Shown here piece after piece: positions 16,094-17,162 of a DNA stretch of 17,162 bases (within the stretch, counting starts at the first letter, position 1; each line of letters opens with the position of its first letter). This DNA comes from a virus. Its lineage: Duplodnaviria; Heunggongvirae; Uroviricota; Caudoviricetes. The stretch is taken from positions 1 through 17,162 of IMG/VR virus record IMGVR_UViG_2579778634_000010; one strand, given 5' to 3'. The position numbers were made by a program, and so were the translations under genes. Under the pieces are notes generated by a model. The model was not told the origin of the DNA. It made no database searches and saw only the letters and a program-made list of their open reading frames with translations.

Positions 16094-16257
16094 ATGCCTG
16101 CAATTTGGCATAGTTACATCCGTACAAAGGTCGGGTGGAGAGGCGTAATACAACACCCGCAAGGGGAATATGCCCAGAGCTTCTTATTTGGCTCAGTTGA
16201 CACCCGACCGCCAGCTACTAACTGGCGGTTATAAACTAAACAAATAAGGAGGTCATC

Positions 16258-16542
16258 ATGACCAGTCAACTCATCCCCGTATTCAACGGTTCTATCTCAA
16301 ACCAAGCAGCCCTTCTATGCAATGCTCGCAATCTACACGCTTTCCTTGGGGTTGGTAAACGCTTTGCATCGTGGATAACAGAACGTATTGCTGAATATGG
16401 TTTCGTTGAAAATCAGGACTATATGATTGCTTCCCAAATTCGGGAAGCAAAAGGTAGAGGCGGTCACAACCGCAAGGAATACCACCTCACCCTCGACACA
16501 GCCAAAGAGCTTGCGATGGTTGACGACTGCGTCCAATACTGA
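16258..16542 (+). CDS. AntA-domain protein (94 aa), truncated paralog of the downstream antirepressor
   Basis: AAGGAGG 6 nt upstream; MTSQLIPVF...GFVENQDY...EYHLTLDTAKELAMV parallels copy 2, then ends after 7 unrelated residues. Confidence 0.7.
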   Translation: MTSQLIPVFNGSISNQAALLCNARNLHAFLGVGKRFASWITERIAEYGFVENQDYMIASQIREAKGRGGHNRKEYHLTLDTAKELAMVDDCVQY

Positions 16543-16549
16543 CTATACT
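16520..16549 (+). promoter_or_regulatory. Promoter candidate TTGACG-N18-TATACT upstream of ant cassette 2
   Basis: Same architecture as 16010..16039; overlaps the stop codon of copy 1. Confidence 0.4.
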
Positions 16550-16589
16550 CCGCGCCGAGGCCTCGAAAACCTCCCAAAAGCGGATTAAA

Positions 16590-16616
16590 CCAACCCCGTC
16601 AGTGTTGGATTTTTTA
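16590..16616 (+). terminator. Intrinsic terminator in the leader of ant cassette 2
   Basis: Stem CCAAC/GTTGG followed by ATTTTTT; followed by the same TTTTTATGCCTG as in cassette 1. Confidence 0.6.
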
Positions 16617-16791
16617 TGCCTGTTATTCAGTGATAGCACAGTGTGCGGTCACATCCCCGATCAATGTCGGGAGGGCGACGAATACAACACCCGCAAGGGG
16701 AATAAGTCCGCGGTATCTTTTGGGCCGTTTCGAGCCTCCCGGCACCACATCTTGTGGTGGCATTTCTCGAAAAAAGCCAAAGGAGGTCATC

Positions 16792-17162
16792 ATGACCACT
16801 CAACTCATCCCTGTGTTTGAAGGTACAATCTCAAATGAACCTACGCTTCTGGTGAACGCGCGTGATTTGCATGGATTTTTAGAGGTAGGTAAAGATTTTT
16901 CTAACTGGATACGGGCCAGGCTAAACGAGTATGGATTCGTAGAAAATTTAGACTACATTCTATTTTCGCCAAATTTGGCGAAAACTCCAGGCCGCCGCCG
17001 CAAGGATTACCACCTCACCCTCGACACAGCCAAAGAGCTTGCGATGGTTGAACGTAACGAAAAAGGCCGCCAGATACGCCGCTACTTCATCGAGTGCGAA
17101 AAGAAACTTCGCAACATTCAGCCAGTACAAGCAGAACCACAGCCGCAATTCACAGCCGAGGA
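16792..17162 (+). CDS. AntA/AntB-type antirepressor, N-terminal part (3' end beyond window)
   Basis: AAGGAGG 6 nt upstream; MTTQLIPVFEGTISNEPTLLVNARDLHGFLEVGKDFSNWIRARLNEYGFVENLDYILFS...YHLTLDTAKELAMVERNEKGRQIRRYFIECEKKLR; open to the window end. Confidence 0.7.
   Translation, partial: MTTQLIPVFEGTISNEPTLLVNARDLHGFLEVGKDFSNWIRARLNEYGFVENLDYILFSPNLAKTPGRRRKDYHLTLDTAKELAMVERNEKGRQIRRYFIECEKKLRNIQPVQAEPQPQFTAE

Noticed and set aside
16333-17148. Minus-strand ORFs 16333..16536 and 16960..17148 sharing the motif HRKLFGCVEGEVV
   Set aside because: They are antisense readings of the duplicated AntA-domain sequence; the + strand genes have the RBS and domain match.

Overview
This window is the early, regulatory half of a mosaic lambdoid (N-dependent) prophage of an enterobacterium, inverted relative to the usual lambda map. 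All protein and RNA identifications are from reading the sequence and from remembered family knowledge; no database search was run. Centre: a cI-like repressor (+) faces a cro-like gene (-) across three ATAAC-N4-GTTAT operators. Leftward (- strand) operon: cro, nutR, cII-like with an oop-like antisense RNA, an O-like replication gene with an (EQ)n repeat, a DnaC-like loader and two accessory genes. Rightward (+ strand) operon: pL/OL, nutL, N-like antiterminator, small accessory genes, a DicF-like sRNA candidate, a KilR-like gene, a 690-aa acidic protein, then lambda-type gam-bet-exo, excisionase and a Rac-type tyrosine integrase. Left flank: a zinc-ribbon/DUF4145 candidate defence gene, a HigB/HigA-like toxin-antitoxin pair and a partial ORF6N antirepressor. 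Right of int: direct repeats, then two tandem AntA-type cassettes, each with promoter, terminator and a leader whose hairpins are conserved by compensatory changes. No rRNA, tRNA or CRISPR array was found. Most novel candidates: the structured ant leaders, the DicF-like sRNA with a divergent 5' region, the DUF4145 gene, and the nuclease-less RecE-like protein fused upstream of lambda Red.
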